The position numbers and the translations under genes are program-made. The notes under the pieces are model-generated. The model searched no databases. It was not told the origin of the DNA and saw only the letters and a list, made by a program, of their open reading frames with translations. DNA of 63,683 bases, filler included, from Dimargaris cristalligena (Eukaryota), in the NCBI GenBank assembly GCA_003614675.1. It is 2 parts of 2 records of this genome, joined end to end, with 100 filler letters (N's around TTAATTAATTAA, not from the genome) between each part and the next. Parts side by side here need not be neighbours in the genome. Positions count along the whole stretch, not along the records: positions 1 to 31,990 come from ML002431.1; positions 32,091 to 63,683 come from ML002435.1. One strand, 5' to 3'. The stretch's first letter is position 1; every line of letters begins with the position of its first letter. This document shows positions 25,032 through 37,004 of this stretch, piece after piece.

Positions 25032-27312
25032 ACTTACCCAATTGGGGCACAGGCCGGTGGGGGGAATCTAAACGGATATTATTTAGTATTGGAGTTAGGT
25101 ATCTGAGCTACAAGTAAACCCATAATAAAGCATTCTAGTATAATTTTTTTGGCGGTAGAATGGATGGCTTTGATACGATGCATTCGTTCATGAAAAGACC
25201 GGTGCACTGATGGCTGATCCTTATCATACCGATCATTAGTTATCAATCGAGGATAATGTGACGCAGCGACAGAGCTGCCCGTTGCCATCAACCTATTATT
25301 TAATAAACCTCGATCAGTAGAAGGTATGCCATGTAAAGCAAAATAGGGGCCAAAATGGTCTACATCAGATCCCCAATCCCACACTGTTTTATCTAGGAAA
25401 AAGGGGCTCTTGTATTTTGGCGGGGATTAATATAAAATATTGGGAGGGGGCTTTGAATTATGCAGCGGGGTAGCATCTGTATTTGGCTTACAGAGTAAAC
25501 ACTATACACTCACCCCTGAACACTAACTCACAGTGAACCTACATCGATTTCTGTTTCGCCTTAATTTTCCGCAATATATTCACCGTTGATTTTCAGCCGC
25601 CCAAATCGTGCTTCGTTTGGAGAAGGGCGTGGTCATTAAACAATCAATTGCGAAGGGTAAACGTAAAATAGGAAATGGCCATCATGACTTATATTGTTTC
25701 ATTAGGTCAATTTGGTGAAAAAACCTGGCTGCTCAGGGTGTTAAATAATACGGGTCTAATCGGGCCCTCTGTATAAGGGTTTAAATGACATGTGTATAGA
25801 AAAATAAGCTGGACGCTTATTTTCTACCTGTAATTTTTACCTTATCTAAGGGATTTTATGTAATACAGCACGTATGAAAATATAATGTATGCCGCCGGGG
25901 CTAATACACAATTCAAAATAAACAAGAGATATTTGTTAATAGCGCGTAACAATAAACCTCAATAACCAAATAAACGGAATACGAGCAATCCATTTATCGG
26001 GAATTGGCTATAGCATTGTAGCTAAATGGCGAACCGCCTTTTGGTACCGCCCCATGCCTTTGGGATAAGTACGTTATACAAAACTAGTAGAAATTATGGT
26101 CTGTGGACCATCGTGCTGGGTGTCTGGTACGTAACGAACCTCTAGGGCCAAGTAGTAATTGGCTGTTAAGGGGAGGCCGGGGAAAACTGGGCACGATGGG
26201 TGGAAGGGTTTCTTGTCTCCAATAAGGTTGGAAAAAAAACCAGTAAATACTAGATAATAAAGATACTCGGGAAACACTAAAACTCTGAAAAATACTTAAT
26301 GCAGGACCTCCTTTTCCTGAAGACGTAGATATAAAATAGCCTGTCTTCATTGAGCGACCGGGAAAGTTGACGTTATTTATACAGTACCAACAGGTGCAAT
26401 AATAATAGCAAATTATAGCAGGGTTGGCAACAGATATCGAAGACTGGGTATAGCGGATTCGGCTACAAATTGCCGTAACTTTAGGATTTGTTAAATGGAC
26501 GGAACTACAGGGGTTCTGGCGTCAAGTATAAGACGAATAAACGGGCACAAACCGGTATCGACCAGGTCCGGTTTACGTTTAATCTGAATGCTATTGTATT
26601 TCACGAATAGCAATAAATATCCCAAGCAGAAAACAGAACCGAAGTGGTCAATGCGATTCAATGCCTCCTTATGGGCAATGCTTTACGGCCTATTATATGT
26701 CAAGAACGATTGTGAAACCCAGATTTCACCAACTTCAATTTGACCAAGAATTTAGCTAAAGTATGGCCTTAATCATTTGATTTCTCGGGAAGAATTTTTG
26801 TTCCGTACCTCCGGTTAGTTCTACAAAGGAAGATGCTGAGAAGAGGGTCTGGATACCAATCGACACTACATCGAAAAAAATCAAGCAAATGAAATGTGTG
26901 AAACGGCTTACTAAGAACTCCTCTATGAGTTGGTTATTGTGCGTATATCGGCACTGTGTCTTCCTGATTGTTGGATGGGGTCAGCGGGCAGGTATTTTCC
27001 TCGATCTTCACACTCGGCGAGTAAACAATAGTAGCGTCCAGAGTGTGGTGGGGAAATATGCGAAATAAACGGTAATCTCGCAGTCGTAGAATATTTATGA
27101 TGCAGAGTGTCCAATCCCTCCAACCCACTCAACCTTTTAAACCGCCCCATCTGTTCGACACCTGTTGATGGTGCCACTTTAGGGCTGCGATGGCTTTTAA
27201 GGACCCTTTTTATAAACCATCCCGGCTCAGATATCTTCATACTTCAGCTATTTCACTTTGAATATTCGTTCATATCTACGTATTCGTTCTACTATATTGC
27301 CACTTTCTTTCT

Positions 27313-28713
27313 ATGGCCGAGCTACTCACCGGTCGAAGCACTACTACTTCGGTCGAGAATTCTGACAAACTACCCGTTTGCTTCTCACCGGGTTTGAACT
27401 TGCTAGTATGGCTTTTTCAACCTTCGCATGCCCTGGGCACCCAGCTCGTCCGTTATTTGCGTAACCAGGACCAGCTTCAACTGGCGGCGACATGTTGCCA
27501 CATCCGCTGCCTGGTAATCCCACATTATCGACTAAGTCTGAAGAAAGTGCCTGAGTTCATTTACCACGAAGCTGTAAACCAGTTCCTGTGCACTTACCGT
27601 CCGGCTATTCGATACCTTTTTATACAGCTCGGCGTCGATTTACAGCCCGACTGGTCCGACACTATCCGCCTGTTTCTCAGTCAAATAGACCACCTCGAAC
27701 ACATTGACTTTGGGGTCCAGAATCCCGTCGAGTGGCCCGCGGTAGTTCGCTGTTTAGACCATCTCCCCCCCTCCTCAGTCCAAAAATTATCCGTTTATTT
27801 TAGGGATACGTACACCGAGCCGCTGCAAACTTATCAAGACAATGAGAAGCAATACTTCTCAGAGGCCCTCTATGGGCGCCTAAGTCGAATCCGCTCGTTC
27901 AGTGTATCCGGAATTTTTACCGAGGAAAGTAGCACTGACCTCATTCTTCAGATGCTAGCGCCGTTCACCTCGCTCCAGACATTGCACATGTACGTCGGCA
28001 ATCCGGATGACCGGCTATGCCGGGAAATGGCGGCTCGTTATTCGCATTTAACCCGTTTGGCCCTACCCCACTCCCGGTGGCACTTGTCCCTTTTGTTGGG
28101 GCCTCGCCCACCCGTTTTCAATCGGCTTGTGTCGCTAGAATTTATGTGTGGCGATAATTTGGTCGGCATTCAGACCCTCAATGATATCGTGGCAGCTGAT
28201 TACCCCTGCTTGGTCAGTTTAATGATCGATTTCCCGTGGAGCACCGCCACAGCGTCCCCTCACTATCTTACTTCTCAACAATTTTTTTTTGGTCAACCCT
28301 GGCCTCAAGTTAAAAATCTAGACCTCATTGGGAAAGGGGTTACTCCACAGATAGACACTCTAATATCTTTAAATTTTTCTAACCTTGAATCATTGGCCTT
28401 ACATACTACGGCCGTCCCAATGCGTACAGCTGCGTTGTTCTTGTCTCAATTACCTCGCCTAAAATCATTTACTATAGTGGAATACAGTCCCATAGAGTTT
28501 AAAGAGCTGACCAAGCTAGAGTTCTATAATCATTCTGTCACCTACCTTCATATACATCCATCGTTATTCGCTTGGGACTCATGTGTAGCTCTTATTTCAA
28601 AGCTGCCGAGTATTCAGGAGCTGAGGGTTGGCTTGAAACATAGGAACCTAGTAGAACAATTGGTGGTTGAGTATCCCCGCATTCAATTTAGTGGCCCATT
28701 TAAGGGTAATTAG
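27313..28713 (+). CDS. F-box-like / leucine-rich-repeat (RNI-like) protein, 466 aa
   Basis: Intronless ORF. F-box-like segment (TQLVRYLRNQDQLQLAATC) followed by repeated LxxLxL units (FTSLQTLHM, HLTRLAL, NRLVSLEF, PCLVSLMI, SNLESLAL, PRLKSFTI, PSIQELRV). Confidence 0.7.
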   Translation: MAELLTGRSTTTSVENSDKLPVCFSPGLNLLVWLFQPSHALGTQLVRYLRNQDQLQLAATCCHIRCLVIPHYRLSLKKVPEFIYHEAVNQFLCTYRPAIRYLFIQLGVDLQPDWSDTIRLFLSQIDHLEHIDFGVQNPVEWPAVVRCLDHLPPSSVQKLSVYFRDTYTEPLQTYQDNEKQYFSEALYGRLSRIRSFSVSGIFTEESSTDLILQMLAPFTSLQTLHMYVGNPDDRLCREMAARYSHLTRLALPHSRWHLSLLLGPRPPVFNRLVSLEFMCGDNLVGIQTLNDIVAADYPCLVSLMIDFPWSTATASPHYLTSQQFFFGQPWPQVKNLDLIGKGVTPQIDTLISLNFSNLESLALHTTAVPMRTAALFLSQLPRLKSFTIVEYSPIEFKELTKLEFYNHSVTYLHIHPSLFAWDSCVALISKLPSIQELRVGLKHRNLVEQLVVEYPRIQFSGPFKGN

Positions 28714-29117
28714 AATCATCTAGATCAATAAAATCGTAATAGGAAGATTCAATTTAATGGCCATATTGTATTAATAAGACCTGGTGTGTTGGTATAGCTG
28801 CGGATATCATTATCTTGGGATAAAGTCAGTAGTCTTAGTGGGAGGACTAAATAAACCATTTACTGGTTAGGGCTTAATGAACAAGTCAGTATTCTAGTAG
28901 ATGGTCCGAGTGATGAATGGAAAATGCAGCTTATCATGGTATTATTGTGTATATATCTGAAATTGGTAGAATAATAATAGGCTAGTTAAAGAATCATTGC
29001 TAATTCTAGAGAAGATACTGGTATTATAAATAATTAAAGTGTGAAAAATATTAGAGAGTAAATGAAAAATACATGTGCTAAAAAAATAGGCATATATTTG
29101 GGTTTAACCATATTTTG

Positions 29118-29821
29118 TGTTGCCTGGGTTTACTACTCTTAGTCTATTAAAAGTCCCAAGGATAGGCTTCTACCAGCAGGTGGGGCTTAGGCTCAGCCAA
29201 GTGGGCTACCAGCATCAGGTATGGATGTGGTACTAACTAATAAAGGCTACAGTAGTATAGGTAAGGGACATACAGTAGACATACTTACTAGTTGGTATAA
29301 GGGGGAGTGAGTATATATATAATTTATTAGAGTAAATTAAGAGTGTAAGAATAAGCTAAGGAATCTAACTGGTCCCAATAGGGCCTAGTTATATATATAC
29401 AGAGATAACTCCAGAGGAAGATCCTAAGGAAAGGATACTACTAAGACTAAGATATAGATGAATAGGCCAACTGGATAGTTGTAGGTATCCAGAAGACTCT
29501 TTAGATCAGTACTTAAGTAATTAGTGCAAATAAGTGGGAGAGGTTCATTCAGGTTGTATAATGAAAAATCCATTGGATGAGGCTAATATTACTAGTTAAA
29601 GGCTATTCTCATATATATTAGTCCATATACATAGTATATGAAAACTTTATACAGCTGGTTTGAATTTTACCCAAGTGGAGTCTGGAAGGGGAAGGGTTAG
29701 ATAATAACAGATGATCCCATAGTACTGGGGGAGACTATGGGAAGGTTAATATGGTGCTATAAGGCCTAATATGATCAGACATTTAAGCCAGTTAGAATAA
29801 GGTAGATTAGATGGGCCAATA
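29118..29821 (+). mobile_element. Degenerate solo-LTR-like repeat, copy B, interrupted by a MITE
   Basis: Homologous to the reverse complement of 18324-18887; 563 bp after removing the MITE and one TSD. Starts TGTTGCC and ends GGCCAATA, compatible with mutated TGTTG..CAACA termini. Confidence 0.7.
29536..29672 (+). mobile_element. MITE copy 2 (137 bp, GGG..CCC termini, 4-bp TSD AAGT)
   Basis: Left end GGGAGAGGTTCATTCAGGTTGTATAA; right end TTATACAGCTGGTTTGAATTTTACCC. AAGT at 29532-29535 and 29673-29676. The paralogous repeat copy A has a single AAGT (empty site). Confidence 0.88.
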
Positions 29822-31990
29822 TGTGTAATGCCTAATTAGTGTAGCCATTACTTAATATATTATTCCCTAATATAAGAAAAGATTAGTTTTAAATAGTCTA
29901 TGCTGTGGTAATTTACCATTCATAATTTACTAAATGTGTACAAGGGCTGGTTTACTGTAGGTATAGTATCAGAATTACTCTTGGTCCATGCTTGTGCACT
30001 AGGTAGAGAGGACAATAATAGGGAGATAATAAGTTTATAGAAAATATATATATGTAAAAGAATAAGCAAGGTATAGCCTAAGGGGATATTTAAATGTGTG
30101 GGTATTACTAATGGGTTGTCCAGGTGGGAGTAGCAGAGGTACTGGTTAGAGGCTACTGGTATCTGAAGGATTCTAGGGAGAACATGTAAGCCTTTAGATC
30201 AATGGTTGGATGTTAAAAGTGGAGTTAGACAGTGTTGCCTAGGGAGAGGTAAGGTGCCCATTATGACACTAGGTATTATAATGCAGCTAGTGCCATGGCA
30301 CAATAAGGCCTAATCTAGGTAACATATGTAGTAAGGTCCTACAGCCTCATTAATTCAGGCTAGCAAGTGCACCCCTAGTAATTTATGGACTTGAATTCAT
30401 CTTCTTGTTAGACCGAATTTCCGCAGCTGGCCGGGTTTCACCTGTGGGGCTCTGGAAACAATTGGCCGAAAGCTATTAATAGTTTTTTTTTTTTTGTAAA
30501 TCCATAATTCTATGTTCACCTATTATTGCATCTGCGTAGTATATATTCCCAGACCAATGTCCCATATTCCGCTAGGTATTTCTCCGGCCTAGATAAATTG
30601 GTATTCTAATGTGCCTGTGGAAGATATACCTGTTTGTGAGAACAGGTCAGTAGTGCCCAATAAACAAGTGCTGCAAACTAATAGTCAAGTATGTTAATGG
30701 GGGCCGCTGGCTACAATTACTGGGAGGCTGGGCGTGAAGAGGCCATTTATTAAAGATGCCCTAGTAAGTAGCGAAGTGATGGGAGCCACATTGGTATTCA
30801 ACTGGTGCGTTTTGGGGCCAAAGGCACCTTAAAGGACGGTCCTGAGTAGTATAACATCCCAGTGAACTTATCAGTTCGACCATTCATTTAATTTTGATCT
30901 CACAGGTTTCTAACTTATTGTTATTTTTTCCCACTTACTTATTTTTATACGTGTTCTAATGTCTATCAAATGGTTGAAAGTGATGCTATTTGAAGGTAGG
31001 TGTATGGTGGGACTGGCCTTGTTTGCGCCCACTGCCACTATAATTCATTTTTTGGATGATCTATCCTTTTCACCAGTCATACTAATTAATTCAGAACGGC
31101 TGTCAATATATGGTCCACATGTAGGCGTATTATTAACTCAGAAGAAGTAAAAAACAAGGCCGGCGGAGGGGAGAAGCCTGGGTATCTCCGGCCATGGTTA
31201 GTGTGTGGCACGTGGTCTGAAATCCGTCAGTAAGGATGTCGAGATAATGAGTGGCGCGCCAATATACCGTGAACATTTTTTCCTTTTTTCCTATTTATGA
31301 CCCGCATGATTATTACCGCATTGCCTCGCATCTGCTTCCCAGAGCCATTCCCCGTCGCCTTCAAGGCACTGGCAATTGTGTATATATTGCATACCAATAT
31401 TTAGTTTTCGGGGACTTGGTGACCATGCGGCAAAAAGGGGGTGGTGGTGAAAATTTAAGCGCCAGCGTAGTTAATGCGGAGCTGGCGGAAGTCACGCCAT
31501 TGACATTGTCCGGCGGTTGAGGATGGGCAGCCTAGGCGAGCTGGGGAATAGAGTGGTTTTGTTAATGGCATGGCGGGACCCCACTCTGCAGCTACCCATT
31601 CATTAAGGGCCGCAGCTGGATTTGCCGAAATTGGCCTGGCTGAAAATGAAGAGGCGATTCTGACGACAGTCACTTAGGGAAAATATCATATGATAATGGT
31701 GTGAAGTGAGTGTCCACGAAGATCCTAGCTGTATGGAAAATGGCAGTAACATTAGATAAATGATAGAAGGAAGACAGTATTACAATACCTAAAATCGGGC
31801 CCCGCTGTTAAATGATGGGCCATAGCCCACACTCCCAGAAATGTATAGAATGAGAGAGTGGCGGGGCGTCTGACCTAATGTGGGGGACTATTGGGGTGTC
31901 ACCAGGGAAAATTCCACACAAGTTCCCATCTTGAGAATGGCGTTGTGGTTTAGGCACATTCAGCATATACCCACCAAGTAGGATATATGC

Positions 31991-32090
31991 NNNNNNNNNN
32001 NNNNNNNNNNNNNNNNNNNNNNNNNNNNNNNNNNTTAATTAATTAANNNNNNNNNNNNNNNNNNNNNNNNNNNNNNNNNNNNNNNNNNNN
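31991..32090. other. Artificial assembly spacer / contig junction
   Basis: 44 N + TTAATTAATTAA (stops in all six frames) + 44 N = exactly 100 nt. Confidence 0.95.
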
Positions 32091-34516
32091 AATGGGCTTT
32101 TTGATGGATGGGGATGAAAATAAATTTTTTAGAAAAGAGGTCGACCCGGGCCGTCCACCGCTGGACCTTGCTGTAGCAGGTTTCATCTAATGCCCGGGTG
32201 GATTTGGCCGTTAACTGGGAGTAAAAAAACGAATTAAAAAAATGAACCTGGTTCACCAGGTCGGGGTTTGATTCCCGCAATCGGTCTTGCAAATACTTGA
32301 GGTAAAATTCAATGATGGTATCGTTAAGATACTCCTCGGGGCGAAGCCGGCTGGTATCCGACCGGGTTATAGAGACGGATTTAATCCCTGAAAAGGGGTA
32401 CACCAATAGCGGATCGGGTTGGATGGGTGGGGGCCAAACCGGTGAATTGGATACTAATTGGGGTTCCTTGGAACAGGAGCGTGAATGAACGCGGACACGG
32501 TCGGCAACAGGGCTCGGTCGATCAAAGAGAGAGCGATCGGAGGGTAGCTGATGCCCAGAGCGAGTCTCGGCCATGTGGATCATATTGGACCACTGCCCCT
32601 CGCTGAGGCACCCGACAGTTTTTTGGTCGGGGTTGGCTAGAGAACAGCGTGATAGACACTTTATCCAGTGGGCCAGGGTTTCGCTGTCGACCGCCGTGAA
32701 AAGACACATGATTCGTGATTTTGAAGGATCGGTGCTATTGGGTTGGTAATAGGTACCGTATTGGGGGGCACTTAACGCACGAGTGGAGCGTAGGACCAGG
32801 GCAAAGGGCTTCTTGTTCAAGAAGGTTTCCAACCGGCCCAACTCGTTGAATGGTATATATACGGGTGACCAGTTGGGGTGGTTGCATATGAGAGCTATGC
32901 CAGTTGGAGGGTGCTGGGTCTGGGGAGCACGGGTCTTGGTCCCCAACAGCGTCTTCCAAAAAAAGGGAAGCTTCCACTTGATATCCCTAAAGACTTTGGA
33001 GCCGAGGATAAGGCTATCGACTGGGAGTTCGGGGTAGTCAGGTGTCGCTGGGGGTGACGGAGATTTAGCCGGTGGGCTAGGAGGCATCTCAAGGGTCACT
33101 GGAATCCTGGCATCGAGGTCTAAGTCCATGCTGGTTGAAGTCTAAATAGGTGGGGAGAGGGGTGGGTTATGAAAAGCAGGATCCCGCAATTTTGAATTAC
33201 GGTTTTATATGGCACAAGGTTACAATCTTATCAAAATACCCAGTTCCTACTCCGTCGCAAGATAAATTTAAGTTACAATTGCCACCCGCAATGGATAGTG
33301 GATAGGGATTAAGGCGGCTTACCGAAACGTCATTGTGGGGCCCAGCAGGGGGCTCGGGGTCGGGACACGATGGTCTAGGTGGATTGAGGGGAGCCGTAAT
33401 GGGACAAGGGGACTCACAATCGGAGACATCGATGGAGTGGAGCAGTCGATCGTTGGAGCCGGGGGGGCGGTGTGGCAATGGGGGTAGCTGGGGCCCAAGC
33501 AAAAGCGGTCGCCGACTGAATTGACGAGGGGGTGGCGGGCTGGTGCCTAGAGTCTCTCGATCGGGAGGGCGGCTGCAGGACGGGGACTTGCGTACCTTGG
33601 AGCGATCTAAAAGTGGCAAGGGTGAACGCCTAGTCCGAGGGATTGCGGAATCTGGGCACGACGTATCACGGTCCCTCGATGGGGAATTCCTGGGCAGTAG
33701 TGGACTGCGTTGGTTTGCAACAGGGCCCACTACAATGGCGGGCGATTCGGGACGCAGGGACAAGTCGGATGATAACAATACACCTTGGTGATGCCGCGGG
33801 GGATATTGCGGAGTATCTCTCCCGTGGGGTAGGATGGCCTCTCGGTTACTGCGGTATGGATTAGATTTACTCCTGCGGGCATTGCGGGCATACGTTACTT
33901 TGGCGGCGAGGTTCTGAGGGCGCTCCGGACTAAATGTGACCGAACCACCGGGCTGAACAATGGTTTGGGCCCTGAGGTAGGCCGACGATGATATTGCTGG
34001 CCTACGGGCAGGGAGGGGATAGTGAAGGGGCGGGCTTAAATCGAATTAGGAACCCACATTATGGAGGGATACCAGTCTGGGCGAGACAACGTAGTAGAGT
34101 GCTTGTTGGAGTGGTTGTCTAAGGGGTGTCTATACTTACGAGGTTATAAGTTCTAGAGAAGAAACAATTTCCTGGCGAGTATACAAGGCCGACGAGCCGG
34201 AGACACCGCGGCGACTAGAGGACTGCGGCCAATGTCGTTCCGTTGATGGGCAGGGATAGCAGAGTGTGGTAGCGAATGAGTATGGAGTGGGAGACGTATA
34301 GGCCTGGGCATTCAATGGGGAATGTGTAAGTAGGCATAATGAGGAATGCTGGACATGCCCTTGCACTGGGGTTTCAGCCGTTGGTTACAATGCGGTTGGC
34401 AAAAACCCTTCTTAACAGTGGCTTGTAGGGCAAATATTACGGCTGGCCAGGAACCAAAAGGGGGTTATTACCTGGGTCGAATGGGAGGCATTGCCGGGAA
34501 ACGTGGGATCGGCCAT
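32091..34516 (-). CDS. ULP2: ULP2/SENP6-7-like SUMO protease (peptidase C48), 3'-truncated by the gap; exons 34516-34472, 34303-34140, 34001-33323, 33141-<32091
   Basis: VYPF..SVSITRSDTSRLRPEEYLNDTIIEFYLKYL, VHFFNSFFYSQL and VQRWT..VDLFSKKFIFIPIHQKAH are C48 hallmarks up to the catalytic His. The upstream Pro/Ser-rich exons join in frame via GT-AG introns; the 5' exons are less certain. Confidence 0.85.
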
Positions 34517-35856
34517 GGCGACTGGTGGGGGTGAAATACAAGGCAAGATGGACCCGGGTCATGCAAAGTGAAGTTGGGCTAACTGGTTAGTAAACAAGAG
34601 CGGCTTGTAAAGGAGAACAGACCGGGCCATGCGGGTGTGTTGCTGGAGGCTGAGCTTGCCCCTTCACCATAAAAGAAGGGAGGACGAGAAACACAAGTAC
34701 ACGGGAATCGAACGAAAAGGAAATAAAGAGAGTACGGAAGGGCCCAATGGAACGCATTAGTTCAGTAGGAAAGGAAAATGAGGTTGAAGTTGAAGAAAAG
34801 GATTGACTTAATCTCTGACAAGTAGAGGAGTGTCCCCCCCCTCCACCATGCGCAAATTCTGGGAACCAATCGAGCCTAGTATGGGCATATACTGGGGTCC
34901 CGAGTATGAACCGCAAGGAGCCGCAGAATATATGCTGCGTCTGGTGATGGTTGCCCTGCGCTAACGCAGACATCCTTAGGGTCCAGCTTATATATATTTA
35001 TGTATTATCTACTAATGAGGGAGGATGTCGGTATTAGGCAGCAGGCGTTGACAGGTAGGAGCGTGGTTTTTTCTTTTGGTAACTAAAATGGGCACGACCA
35101 ACCCAACTTATTCAGGGCACCCGACTCTGCCAACCACCAGTTTACCGCATTTGACACCATACACCGACAGGAGACTGTGCGACTCACTCACATACGGTGT
35201 ATTAATTGGAATTGTAAAAAAAAAATAAGGTATCTCATCAAGTTATAGTATGCAAAATAAGTACTTTGCTGATGCTTTTAGGAATGTAAAGCGGGACCAT
35301 CGACACTGGTATCCGAGTGATACCTCTTTATTGCATAGATGGGCCTCAGCATATTATTGCCAAAAGGGGTAAGGCTCATGGTATGAGGTAGAGCCAGCGG
35401 TGTTCTGAGGAGGGGGGATGGCAATATTGATGATAGCGTGTCCCCCTGGGCCAGACCCATACTGGCGTACTGGAATGGAATAGAGCCCCCCATTCGACGA
35501 ACTACAACAATCACTAGATGTAAATTTAAGCAAAGGATAAAAATAAAACATCGTATATAACAAAAACCCCCAAAATTATTTATATATATGCGTGTGTGTA
35601 CGTATGAATAATGTGTGTGATCTAAAGTTCACTACAACCAGCCCCAGGCACACCTCTGTTCCAACTCAGTACAAAAGGAAATGGTTGTTGCCCATATACC
35701 CCGGAGAGGTCCTTGATTGGAGGGACCCGGTAAAGGCTTACTTAACAAGATAACCAACCAGACTCATTTTAGGTATTTCCCTGTGAAATTTATGGATTGA
35801 GGGCGGCGCTGTTTTCGTTGGATAATAATGGAAATACGCCCATGGGCGTAACTTCT

Positions 35857-35860
<4 letters not shown>

Positions 35861-35888
<28 letters not shown>
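35861..35888. repeat. (AT)n microsatellite
   Basis: Run of about 14 AT units. Confidence 0.9.
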
Positions 35889-35893
<5 letters not shown>

Positions 35894-36593
35894 AATAATA
35901 TAATTATAATTATATAATAAATCTAATTCGGTGGCTAAAAGATTAAGTAATAATAAGGTTAGTACTGCCAAGGCGTTTAGAGCCGCCAGTTCAGAAATCA
36001 GCAATTTGGACCATTGTTGCGCTACTAAAAGACGTCATGGCTGAATCAGTTCTAGAAGCAGCGACTGTCATGAGGGATAGTTGTCCCCAGGCTCTCGCAT
36101 TTTCTTGGCAAGTGCCAATGGCCATCGGGAATGGGTCGTCTAAGCTAGCCGACAGTTCTTACCGCGTGCTAATCAATAAGCTATGGGGAGAATTGGCATT
36201 GGCATTGACATTAGCATCGGAGTTGGCGACCTGGGCAAAGAAGGGCGTATCTCCCAAATCCAAATACACCACTCCCTCTCTAAATAGCTCATTATTAACC
36301 GACCCTCCCCACTCTAGTCAAAGGGAACTTAGTTATGCCTCACATTATCCACTGCAGAAATCGCCTGGTAAAACTGCTCTGTGGCGGATGAGTATACTGA
36401 ATGATTTTTTACTAATAGGTTGGGTTTAATGCCTTTTAAGCACATATAAATGATTACGGGAAGAACAAAAGACGTGGATTCAAGGGGTTTTCGGTATAGT
36501 AGGCAGCGCGGAAGTATGGTGTACAGCTGAATCAACTCTCCACAAACCCAAGGGGTGTGAATAGGGAGGGGGGGCATACTCCAATTGGAGAAG

Positions 36594-37004
36594 TTAGGCG
36601 GGGATACGGCCAAGTTCCGTCTTACAGTTAGGACACTGGTGAACCTCATCCTGACACGAGTCCATGCAAAGAGGGAGCCAGACGAGGGGCCAGCAGATAA
36701 GGCAGGTCAGCAAAGCGAAGATACCGGCTTTAGTACCCACCTTAGGGACAATGGTGGAAGTGACGGTGGTTTGGCACTTTGGGCAGGTGGCAATAATGGG
36801 TCGGTTGCGTATCGTCAGGTTGTGAGGGGTGGCCTGGACGGGTGGCGGGGCGAGGGCCTGGGCATCCTTGGTCACCGCCTCGGATAGTTCAGGAACGGAG
36901 TAGGGCGGGGGCTGGTCCATCGGGTCGGATTGAGTGTTAGGGCTCGGCATTGGCATGGGAGCAGCAAACTCGGCGGTCTTGGGGTGGTGTTGGGAATCGG
37001 CCAT
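36594..37004 (-). CDS. LITAF-like zinc-ribbon membrane protein, 136 aa
   Basis: Pro-rich N-terminus with a PPPY motif, then CPKC, a hydrophobic helix (AGIFALLTCLICWPLVWLPLC) and HQCPNC..LG: the LITAF architecture. Confidence 0.9.
   Translation of the reverse strand: MADSQHHPKTAEFAAPMPMPSPNTQSDPMDQPPPYSVPELSEAVTKDAQALAPPPVQATPHNLTIRNRPIIATCPKCQTTVTSTIVPKVGTKAGIFALLTCLICWPLVWLPLCMDSCQDEVHQCPNCKTELGRIPA

Noticed and set aside
32035-32046. TTAATTAATTAA palindrome
   Set aside because: Synthetic six-frame stop spacer between N runs, not biological.
36520-36545. Weak reverse-strand similarity to the MITE terminus (GGAGAGTTGATTCAGCTGTAC)
   Set aside because: Short, gapped match with no partner end or TSD; could be chance.
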